Of a stretch of 64,000 nucleotides of DNA, positions 63,308 to 64,000 are shown in pieces (within the stretch, counting starts at the first letter, position 1; each line of letters opens with the position of its first letter). The stretch is from the NCBI GenBank assembly GCA_028534125.1, contig CM052817.1, forward strand, positions 70,062,001 to 70,126,000, given 5' to 3'. The notes under the pieces were generated by a model that saw only the letters and a list, made by a program, of their open reading frames with translations, did not search any database and was not told the DNA's origin. This DNA comes from Lama glama. Taxonomy: Eukaryota. The translations under genes and the position numbers were made by a program.

Positions 63308-63446
63308 GAGAACCAGTTTGGCTATTAAAGGAAACTCTCCGTACAGAGCAGAGCCAGAGAAGGCAAGGTTTCAGAGAGAATAGCTGTTTACCATCAAAGC
63401 AAGCTGGGTCCCACACAGACACGGTGTATTACACACAAAGACGAAG
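63308..63446 (+). ncRNA. Candidate distal plus-strand exon (possibly LEF1-AS1 long isoform)
   Basis: Branch-like CTAAT at ~63263, long pyrimidine tract ending ttccag|G, 139 nt, perfect AAG|gtaagt donor. Confidence 0.45.
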
Positions 63447-64000
63447 GTAAGTGCCCCGTGGTTTTCACAAGTAATTTACGGTGCTTATATAAATGCACCA
63501 GAGCTTCTAGAATTCTTACTGATCATGTTACTTGCTTTTCTCTTGTTAAACAAAAGCACCGAATAACCAAATGTCATTAAAAAAATGAGTTGTCTGGATT
63601 CCACACCCTCCTCCCTCATAGCCTGATGCTTCTGTGTGTCCACATCTATGTATCAGAGAGGAGTGATTTGTTCCATGCGAGAAATGCCAATTTGGTGATG
63701 CCACATAATGAAAATTTACTAACCCTTTTATTTATCAAAGTGTCTTTCTCTGCTCAGTTTTAAAAAGCAGAGATTTCACTTGGAGTTATATATTTATTGG
63801 GTTAATTTATATTTTATAAATATGTGAAATTATTAATTCATTCTATCTGTAGCATGTGTGGACCCTGAAGCTTATGGCAGTGCTGTTATCTGTTGTAGGG
63901 ATGCAGACATGCTCTTTGATGTGTTATTCTTGGGGACTGGGAGGGATAAAGATGGAATACTCATTGGGCCCGGCTCTCCAGATGGGCTGAAAATGCAGCA

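Noticed and set aside
62925..63422. 165-aa minus-strand ORF
   Set aside because: GTG start, no homology I can recognise, Lys run derived from the plus-strand polypyrimidine tract.

Overview
Mammalian (non-microbial) genomic DNA, very probably a camelid (two Vic-1-type tRNA-derived SINEs). The window holds the 5' part of LEF1 (lymphoid enhancer-binding factor 1, Wnt/TCF family) on the minus strand. Coding exons are exon 1 (38307-38095, beta-catenin-binding domain), exon 2 (35663-35597) and exon 3 (34180-34047). The first 34 kb of the long intron 3 follow; exon 4 onward, including the HMG box, lies beyond position 1. Around the gene are a ~1.2 kb GC-rich 5'UTR, the P1 CpG-island promoter with TCF sites and two alternating purine-pyrimidine microsatellites, the intron-2 P2 TATA promoter for dominant-negative LEF1, an alternative MAG first exon in intron 1, and a second CpG island (~42-44 kb) with plus-strand splice sites consistent with the antisense lncRNA LEF1-AS1. 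The remainder is intronic/intergenic DNA with MIR, L1, L2, CR1/L3, DNA-transposon relics and one intact solo ERV LTR. Most interesting unexplained signals: (1) an out-of-frame uORF in exon 3 whose stop overlaps the dnLEF1 start (TAATG); (2) inverted CA/CG microsatellites bracketing the TSS and enclosing a candidate 191-nt antisense intron; (3) candidate antisense exons that join into one open frame from a strong-Kozak ATG; (4) a MER41-like solo LTR with a GAS motif pointing at LEF1; (5) several clusters of optimal TCF/LEF sites suggesting distributed autoregulation. Family names and human comparisons are from recognition and memory, not database searches; all functional proposals are inferences.
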